From an uncultured Acidobacteriota bacterium (GTDB taxonomy: Bacteria > Acidobacteriota > Vicinamibacteria > Fen-336): a stretch of 64,000 bases of DNA. Made by a program: the position numbers and the translations under genes. Where the stretch lies: contig OY970399.1 in assembly GCA_963720545.1 (NCBI GenBank), positions 3,264,001 to 3,328,000 on the forward strand. Direction: 5' to 3'. Shown in pieces: positions 19,099 through 30,182 of the stretch; within the stretch, counting starts at the first letter, position 1; every line of letters begins with the position of its first letter. Under the pieces are notes generated by a model. It did not search any database, was not told the DNA's origin, and saw only the letters and a list, made by a program, of their open reading frames with translations.

Positions 19099-19833
19099 CT
19101 AGTCCGGTGCTTGCTCCATTTCGGCGACGATCGCGTCGGCGGCAGCCGCCGGATCGTCGGCCTTGGTGATGGGACGGCCCACCACGATGTAATCGGCGCC
19201 GTCGGCGATCGCGGCGAGCGGAGTCGCGACCCGTGCCTGGTCGCCCGCGTCGGCACCCGCCGGCCGGATGCCCGGAGTGACGATGAGGAAGGAGGGCCCG
19301 CACGCGGCGCGCAGCGCGCCGATTTCCTGCGGTGAGGCGACCACGCCGGCGGCGCCGGCCACCTGCGCGAGGCGGCCGAGCGAGAGCACCGAGTCGCGCA
19401 GCTCGCCGCCCACGCCGATAGCCGTGAGCGAAGCCTGGTCGTGGCTCGTGAGGATGGTGATCGCGAGGATGCGCGTGGCGCTGCCCTCCACCGCTTCGGC
19501 GGCCGCGGCGAGCATGCCGCTGCCGCCGAGCCCGTGCACCGTGAGCAGTGAAGCGCCGAGGCGCCGTGCCGCGGAAGCCGCGCGCCGCACGGTGTTCGGA
19601 ATGTCGTGCAGCTTGAGGTCGAGAAACACCTTGTCGCCCGCGTCCACGATCTGGCGGACCAGGGCGGGTCCCGCGGCGGTGAAGAGCTCGAGGCCCACCT
19701 TGAACATGCCGACGCGCCCGCGCAGCGCGTTCACCAGCGCCAGGGCTTCCGCCTCGGCCGCCACGTCGAGCGCCACCACCAGACGGTCCTTCGGTGCCGG
19801 CGCCGCGCCCGGCATCGGCGTGGTCGTGGTCAT
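19099..19833 (-). CDS. pyrF: Orotidine-5'-phosphate decarboxylase
   Basis: LVVALD, FKVGLELF, FLDLKLHDIPNTV, VTPGIRP, DQARVATP, VVGRPI; ATGA overlap with pyrD. Confidence 0.96.
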   Translation of the reverse strand: MTTTTPMPGAAPAPKDRLVVALDVAAEAEALALVNALRGRVGMFKVGLELFTAAGPALVRQIVDAGDKVFLDLKLHDIPNTVRRAASAARRLGASLLTVHGLGGSGMLAAAAEAVEGSATRILAITILTSHDQASLTAIGVGGELRDSVLSLGRLAQVAGAAGVVASPQEIGALRAACGPSFLIVTPGIRPAGADAGDQARVATPLAAIADGADYIVVGRPITKADDPAAAADAIVAEMEQAPD

Positions 19834-20777
19834 CGGGGATACTCGAGGGTGCCGACCACGTCGCCGATGGCGCGCAGCGAGTGCCGCGTGAGGTAGTCGC
19901 CGAGGCCCGCGAGGATGCGCTCGTAGACGCCCGGGTCCACGAAGTTGGCGGTGCCCACCTGCACCGCGCGCGCGCCGGCAATCAGGAACTCGAGCGCGTC
20001 CGGTGCAGTTGCGATCCCGCCGATGCCGATCACCGGGATGCGCACGGCGCGCGCCGCCTGCCAGACCATGCGCACCGCCAGCGGCCTTATCGCCGGCCCC
20101 GACAGCCCGCCGGTGCCGAACGCGAGGCGCGGGCGGCGCGACTCGACGTCGATCGCGAGGCCGAGGAAGGTGTTGACGCACGACAGCGCGTCGGCGCCGG
20201 CTTCCTCGCAGACGCGCGCGAACAGCGTGATGTCGGTGACGTTCGGCGAGAGCTTCGGGATCACCGGCAGCCGGGTCGCGCGCTTCACCGCGGCCACCAC
20301 GTCGTGGGTCATCTTCGGGTCGGTGCCGAACGCGATGCCGCCGGTCTTCACATTCGGGCAGGAGATGTTGATCTCGACCGCGGCGGCGCCCGGCGCGCCG
20401 TCGACGATGCGCGTCACCTCGGCATATTCCTCGATGGTGTCGCCGCAGACGTTGACGATGACCGCGGTGTCGTAGGGCGCGAGGCGCGGCAGCACCTCGG
20501 CGACGAACGCGCGCACCCCCACTCCTTGCAGGCCGATCGCGTTCAGCAGGCCCGCGGGCGTCTCGACGATGCGCGGCGTCGGGCAACCGGCACGTGGTTC
20601 GAGGTAGAGCCCCTTCGAGACGATGCCGCCCAGCAGGCTCAGGTCGAGGATGCCTTGGTACTCGACGCCGTAGCCGAAGGTTCCCGAGGCGGCGATCAGC
20701 GGATTCTTCAGTGCCAGCGAAGCCAGCGTGACGCGCAGGTCGGGAGCGGCGGCGGGGTCGAGAGGCACCGCGCTCAC
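19830..20777 (-). CDS. pyrD: Dihydroorotate dehydrogenase B catalytic subunit
   Basis: KNPLIAASGTFGYG, LNAIGLQ, EINISCPNV, KLSPNVTDI, GGLSGPAIRP, GIGGI; GTGA overlap with pyrK. Confidence 0.96.
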   Translation of the reverse strand: MSAVPLDPAAAPDLRVTLASLALKNPLIAASGTFGYGVEYQGILDLSLLGGIVSKGLYLEPRAGCPTPRIVETPAGLLNAIGLQGVGVRAFVAEVLPRLAPYDTAVIVNVCGDTIEEYAEVTRIVDGAPGAAAVEINISCPNVKTGGIAFGTDPKMTHDVVAAVKRATRLPVIPKLSPNVTDITLFARVCEEAGADALSCVNTFLGLAIDVESRRPRLAFGTGGLSGPAIRPLAVRMVWQAARAVRIPVIGIGGIATAPDALEFLIAGARAVQVGTANFVDPGVYERILAGLGDYLTRHSLRAIGDVVGTLEYPR

Positions 20778-21646
20778 GACGGCACCTGCTCGCGCTGGCG
20801 GCGTCGCGCCGCCGACTCGCGTTCGCCGTGCAGCACCACGGTGTCGGCGGGAAACACCGGGCCCTCCGTGCACGCGCAGCGCAGCTTCGGCGTCTCGTCC
20901 TGTGCTCGCTGTATCGCCACGACGCAGCCGAGGCACGTGCCGACGCCGCAGCCCATCCAGGGATCGAGGCTGAGCCACGCCGGCAGCGAGCGCTCGTCGG
21001 CCATACGCGCGACCGCCATGAGCATCGGATCGGGACCGCAGGCGTAGAGGCGCAGCGGATAGCGGGCGGTTTCGAGGTAGGCCGCGAGCGGCGCGGTGAC
21101 GCGGCCGTGGACACCGTCGGAGCCGTCGTCGGTGGCGCTTTGCAGAGGCACGCCGAGCTCCGCGAACTGCTCGCGCAGCTGCAGGTCGGCGGCGGTGCGG
21201 CCGCCGTAGAAGACCTGGCCGAGTGCGCGGCCGGTGCCGCCCGCACGGCGCAGCTCGTTGGCGAGGAACAGGAACGGCGCGATGCCGTAGCCACCGGCGA
21301 CCATCAGCGGCTCCTCGCCCGCCGGCACGGCGGGGAAGGGCTCGCCGAGCGGGCCCAGGCACTGCGCGAGATCGCCCGGGTGCAGCGCCGCGAGGCCCCG
21401 CGTGCCCTCGCCGATCGCCTTGATGAAGAGGTCGAAGGTGCCGGCCGCGGGATCCGTGCCGAGCACCGAAAACGGCCGCCGCAGCGGCATGTCGGCGCTG
21501 GTGCCGGCCTTGATCATCACGAACTGCCCGGGCCGCGCGGCGCGCGCCACTTCGGCGTGGCGGAAGGTCAGCAGGAAGTACGGTCCGGTGAGCGCCTGGC
21601 GCCGCACCAGGGCGGCGTCGCGGTTCACTGGAGGGGCAGCCGTCAT
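20774..21646 (-). CDS. pyrK: Dihydroorotate dehydrogenase electron-transfer subunit
   Basis: PGQFVM, LRRPFS, GPLG, AGGYGIAP, YACGP, MGCGVGTCLGC, CTEGPVF. Confidence 0.93.
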   Translation of the reverse strand: MTAAPPVNRDAALVRRQALTGPYFLLTFRHAEVARAARPGQFVMIKAGTSADMPLRRPFSVLGTDPAAGTFDLFIKAIGEGTRGLAALHPGDLAQCLGPLGEPFPAVPAGEEPLMVAGGYGIAPFLFLANELRRAGGTGRALGQVFYGGRTAADLQLREQFAELGVPLQSATDDGSDGVHGRVTAPLAAYLETARYPLRLYACGPDPMLMAVARMADERSLPAWLSLDPWMGCGVGTCLGCVVAIQRAQDETPKLRCACTEGPVFPADTVVLHGERESAARRRQREQVPS

Positions 21647-21705
21647 TCTGTTCCACCCAAATTCTATAATCACCCTCGCGGCCGGCGTTTCCGCTCGCTC
21701 CAAAC

Positions 21706-23469
21706 ATGTTCCTGCGAAGCCTGAGAAGCGCCGCACTCTGCGCCCTGCTGCTGGGCTGGCACGTCGCGCTCCTCGCCTTGTTTCTCAACCCGCACTTGCA
21801 GGCGCGCGACGAGGTCGGAGCGCTGCTGCGGTCGCTGGTGCTGCCCTACTCGCTTGCGGGTTTTGCCGCCTTCGCCGCGCTCTGTGTGGTCCTCACCCTC
21901 ATTCGCGGCGTGCGGCCGCTGCCGCGGCCGCTGATCGAGAGCCTGCCCTGGTTCTCGACCTTGTCCTTCCTCGCGACGGCGACGGCTGCCGGGCTCGACG
22001 GCTTCAACCTCGCTTACCACCGGCTGTCGATTCCGGTCGTGTTCGTCTCCGGCCTGCTCACCTGCGCTGTTGCGGTGGCGGTGTGCGCCCTCATCCTGCT
22101 CGCGGCGATCGTGGATTCGTGGCTGTTCGCGGGACGGGCGCGCGGCGCAGCCGCCGCCCTGGTGGTGCTGGCGGCGGGCGGCGCCGCGATCGCCCCGCTC
22201 CTGTGTCTGCCGCACCCCAGTCCGCCGCCGCCCCCGGTGCCGGTGGCGGCCGAGCACGTTGCGCCGCCGCGGCGCGTGTTCGTCCTTGCGTTCGACGCGG
22301 TGGCGCCCGACATGCTCGAACGCGCCATCGCCCATGGGCGCGGCGCGGCGCTCGCCCAGCTGATGCGCGAAGGCGCCTACATGCCGCTCACGACCATCCG
22401 CCCGACCGAGAGCCTGCCGGTGTGGTCGTCCGTCTGGACCGGCCGGCTGCCGCGCGATCACGGCGTGAAGAGTGGCTACTGGTACTCGCTGCGCGGCTCC
22501 GAGTCGCGCTACGAGCTGTTGCCGAAGGGCATCTTCATTTCGCGCCTCGAACAGGCCGGCTTCGCCACGCTGCACGCGATCGACAGCCATAACCTGCGAG
22601 CCAAGGCCCTCTGGCACGTGCTCCAGGAACACGGCGTCGCGACCGGAATCGTGCGCCTGCCGGGCACGCATCCCGCCGCGCCGATGTCGCCGTTCGTCGT
22701 CTCCGACCGCTTCTACGAAAGCTCCGGCGTGTCCGCGTCGCAGGCGCTTTATCCGCCGCTCCTGCAGGAGACGGTCGCCTCGCACGTGGTGCGGCCCGAC
22801 CAGGTGGATGCCGCGGTCCTCGAACATTTCCTCGCCGACCCGGACGCCGACCCGGGCGCGCCGTGGCGCCGCGAGCTGGTGGACGAGGCGCTCGCGCCCG
22901 ACATGACCTACGAAAGCATCGGCTCGGTGCTGCAGGCCTCGCTCGATCCGTCCTTCTATGCGCTCTACCTGCGCGGCCCCGACATCATCGGCCACACCTT
23001 CCTGCGCTATGCCGAGCCCGAGTCGTTCGGCAACGTGCCGGCCGGTGAGGTGCGGCGCTTCGGCGGTGTCATCGACGGCTACATCGACTTTGCCTCCGAG
23101 GCTGCCGGGCGGCTGATGGCGCGCACCAGGCCCGGCGACGTGGTGGTGGTGGTGTCGGGGTTCGGCCTCACGCCGATGCGGCCCTGGCGGCGGGCCATGA
23201 ACGGTTTCACCGGCGCGCCCCGCGACGGCGCCACCCACGAGTGGGGCCCGCCCGGCTTCCTCATCGCCTGGGGCCGGCCGATCGCAGCGGGCAGCGCATC
23301 GCCGGCGGCGAGCGTCCTCGACATCGCACCCACGCTCCTCTACCTGATGGGCGTGCCGGTAGCGCGCGATCTCGACGGCCGCGTGCTCGTGGACATCCTC
23401 GAGGACGGCTTCGCGCGCCGCCATCCCATCACCTACGTGCCCACCTACGAAGGCGCTGCCGCGAAGTGA
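21706..23469 (+). CDS. Membrane-anchored alkaline phosphatase-superfamily (type I phosphodiesterase-like) protein
   Basis: About 5 N-terminal TM helices; VLAFDA, WSSVWTGRLPRDHGV, GPDIIGH, VVVSGFG, DIAPTLLYLMGVP..DLDG. Confidence 0.75.
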   Translation: MFLRSLRSAALCALLLGWHVALLALFLNPHLQARDEVGALLRSLVLPYSLAGFAAFAALCVVLTLIRGVRPLPRPLIESLPWFSTLSFLATATAAGLDGFNLAYHRLSIPVVFVSGLLTCAVAVAVCALILLAAIVDSWLFAGRARGAAAALVVLAAGGAAIAPLLCLPHPSPPPPPVPVAAEHVAPPRRVFVLAFDAVAPDMLERAIAHGRGAALAQLMREGAYMPLTTIRPTESLPVWSSVWTGRLPRDHGVKSGYWYSLRGSESRYELLPKGIFISRLEQAGFATLHAIDSHNLRAKALWHVLQEHGVATGIVRLPGTHPAAPMSPFVVSDRFYESSGVSASQALYPPLLQETVASHVVRPDQVDAAVLEHFLADPDADPGAPWRRELVDEALAPDMTYESIGSVLQASLDPSFYALYLRGPDIIGHTFLRYAEPESFGNVPAGEVRRFGGVIDGYIDFASEAAGRLMARTRPGDVVVVVSGFGLTPMRPWRRAMNGFTGAPRDGATHEWGPPGFLIAWGRPIAAGSASPAASVLDIAPTLLYLMGVPVARDLDGRVLVDILEDGFARRHPITYVPTYEGAAAK

Positions 23470-23500
23470 TACCATCCGCAGACCGCTCGCCGCAAAAGAC

Positions 23501-24184
23501 GTGAACGAAGTTCTGCCTGGAGACGCAGTGGGCCGCGACGCGCAGGACCGGATCAAGCTCGAGCTGATGGACAAGGGGCGCCTGTTGCGCACGCTGGCGC
23601 GCATGGCCCACGAGATCGTCGAGCGGCATCCCGACTCTTCGCGCATCGCGCTCGTCGGCATTCGCTCGCGCGGCGTGCCGCTGGCGCGGCGCCTCGCCGT
23701 GCTCATCGCTGCCACCGGCTCGGGCAAGCCGCGCGTCGGCAGCCTCGACATCACGCTCTACCGCGACGACCTCACCACCATCGCCGCGCAGCCGGTGATG
23801 AAGGGCACGCAGATCGACTTCAGCATCGACGGCGCGCCGGTGGTGCTGGTGGACGACGTGCTCTACACCGGCCGCACGGTGCGCGCCGCGCTCGACGAGC
23901 TCATCGACTTCGGCCGGCCGGCGCTCATCGAGCTGGCGGTGCTCGTGGACCGTGGCCACCGCGAGCTGCCGATCCGCCCCGACTACGTCGGCCGCAAGGT
24001 GGCGACCTCGAAGGACGAGATCGTGCAGGTGATGCTCACGGAGGAAGACGGCGAGGACCGGGTGCTGCTGTTGTCGCGCGGCACGCCGGAAAAGGCTGCG
24101 GCCACGGTGCCGCAAGCGCAGAAGCCGCAGCCGGCGCGCGCGCGCAAGCAGCAAAAGCAGAAGGCGGCGCGGAGCCGCGCGTGA
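23501..24184 (+). CDS. pyrR: Bifunctional pyr regulator / uracil phosphoribosyltransferase
   Basis: [50 protein letters not shown]; start uncertain. Confidence 0.95.
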   Translation: MNEVLPGDAVGRDAQDRIKLELMDKGRLLRTLARMAHEIVERHPDSSRIALVGIRSRGVPLARRLAVLIAATGSGKPRVGSLDITLYRDDLTTIAAQPVMKGTQIDFSIDGAPVVLVDDVLYTGRTVRAALDELIDFGRPALIELAVLVDRGHRELPIRPDYVGRKVATSKDEIVQVMLTEEDGEDRVLLLSRGTPEKAAATVPQAQKPQPARARKQQKQKAARSRA

Positions 24185-25106
24185 GCACGCGCCTGCGGCA
24201 TTTGCTCGGCATCGAGCCGCTCGCGGAAGGCGACATCCTTTCCGTCCTCGACACCGCCGCGTCGCTGCGCGAGATCCTCGACCGGCCCATCAAGAAAGTA
24301 CCGGCGCTGCGCGGCAAGACCGTCGTCAACCTGTTCTACGAGGCGTCGACCCGCACCCGCACGTCGTTCGAGATGGCCGAGCGCATCCTCTCCGCCGACA
24401 GCGTCTCGATCGCGTCAGCCACCTCCAGCGCCACCAAGGGCGAGTCGCTGCTCGACACGGTGCGCAACATCGAGGCGATGAGCCCGGACCTGGTGGTGAT
24501 CCGCCACGCCTCTTCCGGGGTGCCGCACTTCCTCGCGCGCAACTGCAAGACCGCCATCGTCAACGCCGGCGACGGCGCGCACGAGCATCCTACGCAGGCG
24601 CTGCTCGACGCCTACACACTGCGCGAGAAGAAGGGCAGGCTCGAGAACCTCAAGGTGGCGATCGTCGGCGACCTGTTGCACAGCCGCGTCGCGCGCTCGA
24701 ACGCCTGGCTGCTGCGCAAGCTGGGCGCGTCGGTGCGGCTGTGCGCGCCGCACACGCTGATGCCGCCGGGGATGGAACAGCTCGGCGCCGTCACCACCGA
24801 AATGGACGAAGCGCTCGATGGCGCCGACGCCGTCATGATGCTGCGCATCCAGACCGAGCGCATGTCGGGCGGCTACTTCCCGTCGCTGCGCGAGTATCAC
24901 AACCGCTACGGCCTGACCGTGGCGCGCATGAAGAAGGCGAAACGCAACGCACTCATCATGCATCCTGGCCCCATCAACCGCGGGGTCGAGATGTCGAGCG
25001 AAGTGGCCGACGGCCCATGGTCGGTGATCCTCGACCAGGTGCGGAACGGCGTCGCGGTGCGCATGGCGGTCTTGTACCTGATGCTTGGCGGCGGCGAGGA
25101 ACAGTC

Positions 25107-25110
<4 letters not shown>
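24181..25110 (+). CDS. pyrB: Aspartate carbamoyltransferase catalytic subunit
   Basis: [44 protein letters not shown]. Confidence 0.97.
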
Positions 25111-26392
<1,282 letters not shown>

Positions 26393-26396
<4 letters not shown>

Positions 26397-27358
26397 GACG
26401 CCTGGCAGTCGAGCAGCACCTTGAGCACGCCCGGCTGCGCGGCGTGCGCGAACGCGGCAACTCCGTCGCGCAACGGATAGCGCGCGTGCACCAGCGGCGC
26501 CACGTCTACCGCACCGCCTTCGAGCAACGCGAGCGCCGGTCCGAACGGCCCGCAGCGCGAGCCGACGAGCGTGATCTCGTCAACCACCACGGGTGCAAAT
26601 GGCACGGATGCGGTGCCGCGATAGGTGCTCTTCAGCACCACGGTGCCGCGCGGCCGCACCGCGCGCAGCGCCGCCGCCAGGCCGGCGGCGTTGCCGGTGC
26701 ACTCGACCACTACGTCGTAGCGGCGCTCCTGCAGCTCGTCCGGCGCGCCGGTGCAGATGCCGCGCCGCGCGGCCAGTTCGAGCTTTGCGGGGTGTCGGCC
26801 GACGAGCAACAGCTCGCAGCCGCGCAGCGCCAGCGTCTGTGCCACCAGCAGCCCGAGTTTGCCGTCGCCGATCACCGCCACGTGCTCGCCACCGGTGAAC
26901 GGCACTTGCTCCTGCACCTGCAGCGCCGCCGCCAGCGGCTCGGCGAACACCACCGTGTCGTCGCTCAGCGCATCGGCGATCGTGTGCAGGTTCGCAACCG
27001 GCAGTGTCAGGAAGTTGGCGAATGCGCCGTCCCTGGCCAGGATGCCGAGCACGGAGCGCTTCTCGCAATGGCTCTCGAAGCCGCGCACGCACATCGGGCA
27101 GGCACCGCAGCGCAGGTTGATCTCGCCGACCACGCGGCGGCCAAGCCACGCCTCGTTGCCGGGTGCTGCGACCACCTCGCCGACGAACTCGTGGCCGGGC
27201 ACGCCGCGAAACGGGTAGTAGCCGTTCAGCAGCTCGAGATCGGTGTTGCAGATGCCGGCAAGCCGCACGCGGATGAGGGCATGGCCGGGCGGAGGGTCCG
27301 GCACCGGCACGTCATTGCGGTGAGCAAGGCGTTGCTTCTCGAGCCACAGCGCTTCCAT
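26393..27358 (-). CDS. Zinc-dependent alcohol dehydrogenase (MDR family)
   Basis: GICNTD, GHEFVG, CGACPMC..HC, EPLAA, GDGKLG. Confidence 0.9.
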
Positions 27359-27414
27359 CGGCGGCTCACGACGCTACCACACGCGATTTCCTCTCCCGCC
27401 TTTAGGATGGAAGC

Positions 27415-28647
27415 ATGACTCCGCGCGTCGTCATCCTCGGCGGCGGCTTCGGTGGTCTGGCCGCGGCCAAGGCGCTGAAGCGTGCCCCGGTCGAGCTGAC
27501 CGTCATCGACCGCCGCAACCATCACCTGTTCCAGCCGCTGCTCTACCAGGTGGCGACCGCCGGCCTCAACCCGAGCGACATCGCGCAACCGATCCGCGGC
27601 ATCCTGCGCAAGCAGCGCAACACGCGAGTGATGCTCGCCGAGGTCACGGGTGTCGACATCGCGGCGCGGCAGGTCCTCACCGGCGACGGAGCGGTGCCTT
27701 ACGACTACCTGATCGTCACCACCGGCGCCACGCATTCCTATTTTGGCAACGACCAGTGGGAGGCGCCGGCGCCCGGGCTCAAGGACATCGACGACGCCCT
27801 CGAGATCCGGCGCCGCGTGTTCCTCGCGTACGAAGCGGCGGAGAAGGAAGCGGACGCCGAGAAACGGCGCGCGCTGCTCACCACCGTCATCGTCGGCGGC
27901 GGCCCCACCGGCGTCGAGATGGCGGGTGCGCTCGCCGAGATCTCACGCCACGGCATGCGCGACGACTTCCGGCGAATCGATCCGCGCACCGCGCGCGTGA
28001 TCCTCGTCGAAGGACTCGACCGCGTGCTGCCCGCTTATCCGCTCGACCTCTCGGTAAAGGCGCGCCGCCAGCTCGAGGGCCTTGGCGTCGAGGTCTGGAC
28101 CGGCACGCGCGTCACCGGCATCGACCAGGACGGAGTGACGCTCGGCAAGGAGCGGCTGCACGCGCGCACCGTCGTGTGGGCGGCCGGCGTCGCGGCATCG
28201 CCGCTGGCGCGGACGCTCGGCGTCGAGCTGGACAAGGCCGGCCGGGTGAAGGTCGCCAAAGACCTTTCGCTTCCGGGGCACCCCGAGGTGTTCATTGCCG
28301 GCGACCTTGCGGAGGTGGAGCAGGACGGAGCGCTGCTGCCCGGCGTCGCACAGGTCGCGATCCAGGGCGGCCGGCACGCGGCGCGCAACGTCGTTCGGCT
28401 CGTGAAGGGCGAGGCCAGCGAGCCGTTTCGCTACAAGGATCCGGGCAGCTTCGCCACCATCGGGCGCGGTGCCGCCGTCGGCATGCTCGGCCGCGTGCAC
28501 CTCTCGGGCTTCGTCGCCTGGGCGGCCTGGCTGCTCATCCATATCGCGTTCCTCATCGGCCTGCGCAACCGCCTCGCCGTGCTCCTCAGCTGGACGTACT
28601 CGTACATCACCTGGCGCCGCGGCGCGCAGCTCATCACCGGCAAGTGA
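27415..28647 (+). CDS. ndh: Type II NADH:quinone oxidoreductase
   Basis: GGGFGG, HLFQPLLYQVAT, GGGPTGVEMAG, WAAGV, AGD, AQVAIQ, YKDPGSFATIGR. Confidence 0.92.
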   Translation: MTPRVVILGGGFGGLAAAKALKRAPVELTVIDRRNHHLFQPLLYQVATAGLNPSDIAQPIRGILRKQRNTRVMLAEVTGVDIAARQVLTGDGAVPYDYLIVTTGATHSYFGNDQWEAPAPGLKDIDDALEIRRRVFLAYEAAEKEADAEKRRALLTTVIVGGGPTGVEMAGALAEISRHGMRDDFRRIDPRTARVILVEGLDRVLPAYPLDLSVKARRQLEGLGVEVWTGTRVTGIDQDGVTLGKERLHARTVVWAAGVAASPLARTLGVELDKAGRVKVAKDLSLPGHPEVFIAGDLAEVEQDGALLPGVAQVAIQGGRHAARNVVRLVKGEASEPFRYKDPGSFATIGRGAAVGMLGRVHLSGFVAWAAWLLIHIAFLIGLRNRLAVLLSWTYSYITWRRGAQLITGK

Positions 28648-29495
28648 CGCGCGCCCGCAGGCGGCTGGCGATTGCCACACTGGCTGTGCTCGCTGCGGCA
28701 GCGTGCTGTTTCGTGTGGGGCTTCCTGATCGAGCCGGGGCACATCGCGGTTCGCGATCACAGGCTGCGTGTGCCCGGCTGGCCCGCAGGGCTCGACGGCG
28801 TGCGCATCGCGGCGCTCGCCGACGTCCACGAAGGCGCGCCGTTCGTCACGCCGCAGCGGGTGCGGGCGCTGGTTGATGAAGTCAACGCGCGGCAACCCGA
28901 CATGATCGTGCTGCTCGGCGACTACCTCGTACACGGCGTCGTCGGCGGCCGGCGCCAGCCGCCCGAACAAGTGGCTGCCGACCTCGCGGGGTTGCGCGCC
29001 CCACACGGCGTATTCGCGGTGTTTGGCAACCACGACGTCTGGTTCGACGCGCGCCGCGTGCGCGCGGCCTTCGAGAGCCGCGGCATCACCTTCCTCGCCG
29101 ACGAGTCGCGCGCGGTGGAACTGCGGCCTGGCCAGGTGATTCACGTCGTCGGCCTGCGCGAGGTCGGCACGCAGCGCCTCGACCGGCGCCGCGCGTTCGC
29201 CGGCGTGCCGCCGGGGGGCAAGGCCCTGGTGCTGACGCACAACCCCGACGTGTTTCCGCTGCTCGCCGGGTCGCCGGCGGTGCTGACGCTCGCCGGGCAC
29301 ACGCACGGCGGCCAGGTGCGGCTGCCGCTCTTCGGCCCGCCGTGGGTGCCGTCCGAATACGGCGCGCGCTACGCGGGCGGCCTCGTGGTTGAAGACGGTC
29401 GCGCGATGTTCGTGAGCACCGGAATCGGCACCAGCATCCTGCCAGTCAGATTCGGCGTCCCGCCAGAAGTTTCCCTGCTCGAGATCCACCCCTGA
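28644..29495 (+). CDS. Metallophosphoesterase (YkuE/YaeI-like)
   Basis: DVH, LLGDY, GNHD, HNPD, GHTHGGQ; N-terminal TM helix; GTGA overlap with ndh. Confidence 0.9.
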   Translation: MTRARRRLAIATLAVLAAAACCFVWGFLIEPGHIAVRDHRLRVPGWPAGLDGVRIAALADVHEGAPFVTPQRVRALVDEVNARQPDMIVLLGDYLVHGVVGGRRQPPEQVAADLAGLRAPHGVFAVFGNHDVWFDARRVRAAFESRGITFLADESRAVELRPGQVIHVVGLREVGTQRLDRRRAFAGVPPGGKALVLTHNPDVFPLLAGSPAVLTLAGHTHGGQVRLPLFGPPWVPSEYGARYAGGLVVEDGRAMFVSTGIGTSILPVRFGVPPEVSLLEIHP

Positions 29496-29518
29496 AGGAA
29501 GAATCAACAGGACGTGCA

Positions 29519-30055
29519 TTGAAGAAGTCCGCCGGCCGCAGGAAGAAGCCCGCCAGCCGCAAGCAACCGCGCCGCCCGCCGCTACGCACTGGCAGGGGAC
29601 TGGTCGCCGCCCGCCGCTCGAAGGTCCACGGCACCGGTGTCTTCGCGTTGCAAGACCTCGCGCGCGGCACCGAGATCATTCACTATCTCGGGACGCTGCG
29701 CACCCATGAAGACGTGGACCGCGAATACGACGCGCTCGCCGACAGCGGCCACACGTTCTACTTCACGCTCAACGCGAAGTACGTGATCGACGCCGGCATC
29801 CGCGGCAACGCCGCGCGCTTCATCAACCACAGCTGCCGGCCCAACTGCGAAGCGGTCACCGAAGACGACCCGGGCGGCAATGCGCGCCGCGACCGCATCC
29901 TCATTCGCGCGATTCGCAGGATCAGGGCCGGCGACGAGCTCGGCTACGACTACGGCATCACCGTCGACGGCCCGATCACAGCCCGCGAACGCGCCTTGTG
30001 GGCCTGCCACTGCGGCTCGCCCAATTGCAAGGGCACATTGCTAGCCAACAAGTAG
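29519..30055 (+). CDS. SET domain protein-lysine N-methyltransferase with post-SET
   Basis: SKVHGTGVFA, RFINHSCRPNC, ELGYDY, CHCGSPNCKG. Confidence 0.92.
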   Translation: MKKSAGRRKKPASRKQPRRPPLRTGRGLVAARRSKVHGTGVFALQDLARGTEIIHYLGTLRTHEDVDREYDALADSGHTFYFTLNAKYVIDAGIRGNAARFINHSCRPNCEAVTEDDPGGNARRDRILIRAIRRIRAGDELGYDYGITVDGPITARERALWACHCGSPNCKGTLLANK

Positions 30056-30060
30056 GCCGA

Positions 30061-30182
30061 CATCGACGGATTGGACGCTAGCGACCGCCAATCCGTCGAT
30101 GACGCGGACGCAAGCGCCTGGGGAACGGACTAACGGAAATCGACGGATTGGACGCTAACGACCGCCAATCCGTCGATGACGT
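30061..30182. repeat. Tandem pair of palindromic (REP-like) units, period 77 bp, between convergent genes
   Basis: CATCGACGGATTGG-N13-CCAATCCGTCGATG (30061-30101, 14-bp stem) and a near-identical copy at 30139-30177 (13-bp stem). Confidence 0.85.

Noticed and set aside
30061..30182. Two ~43-bp repeats with a ~34-bp spacer, resembling a minimal CRISPR array
   Set aside because: Only two units, no cas genes, and the apparent spacer sequence recurs at the 14 kb and 51 kb copies, so it is part of the repeat
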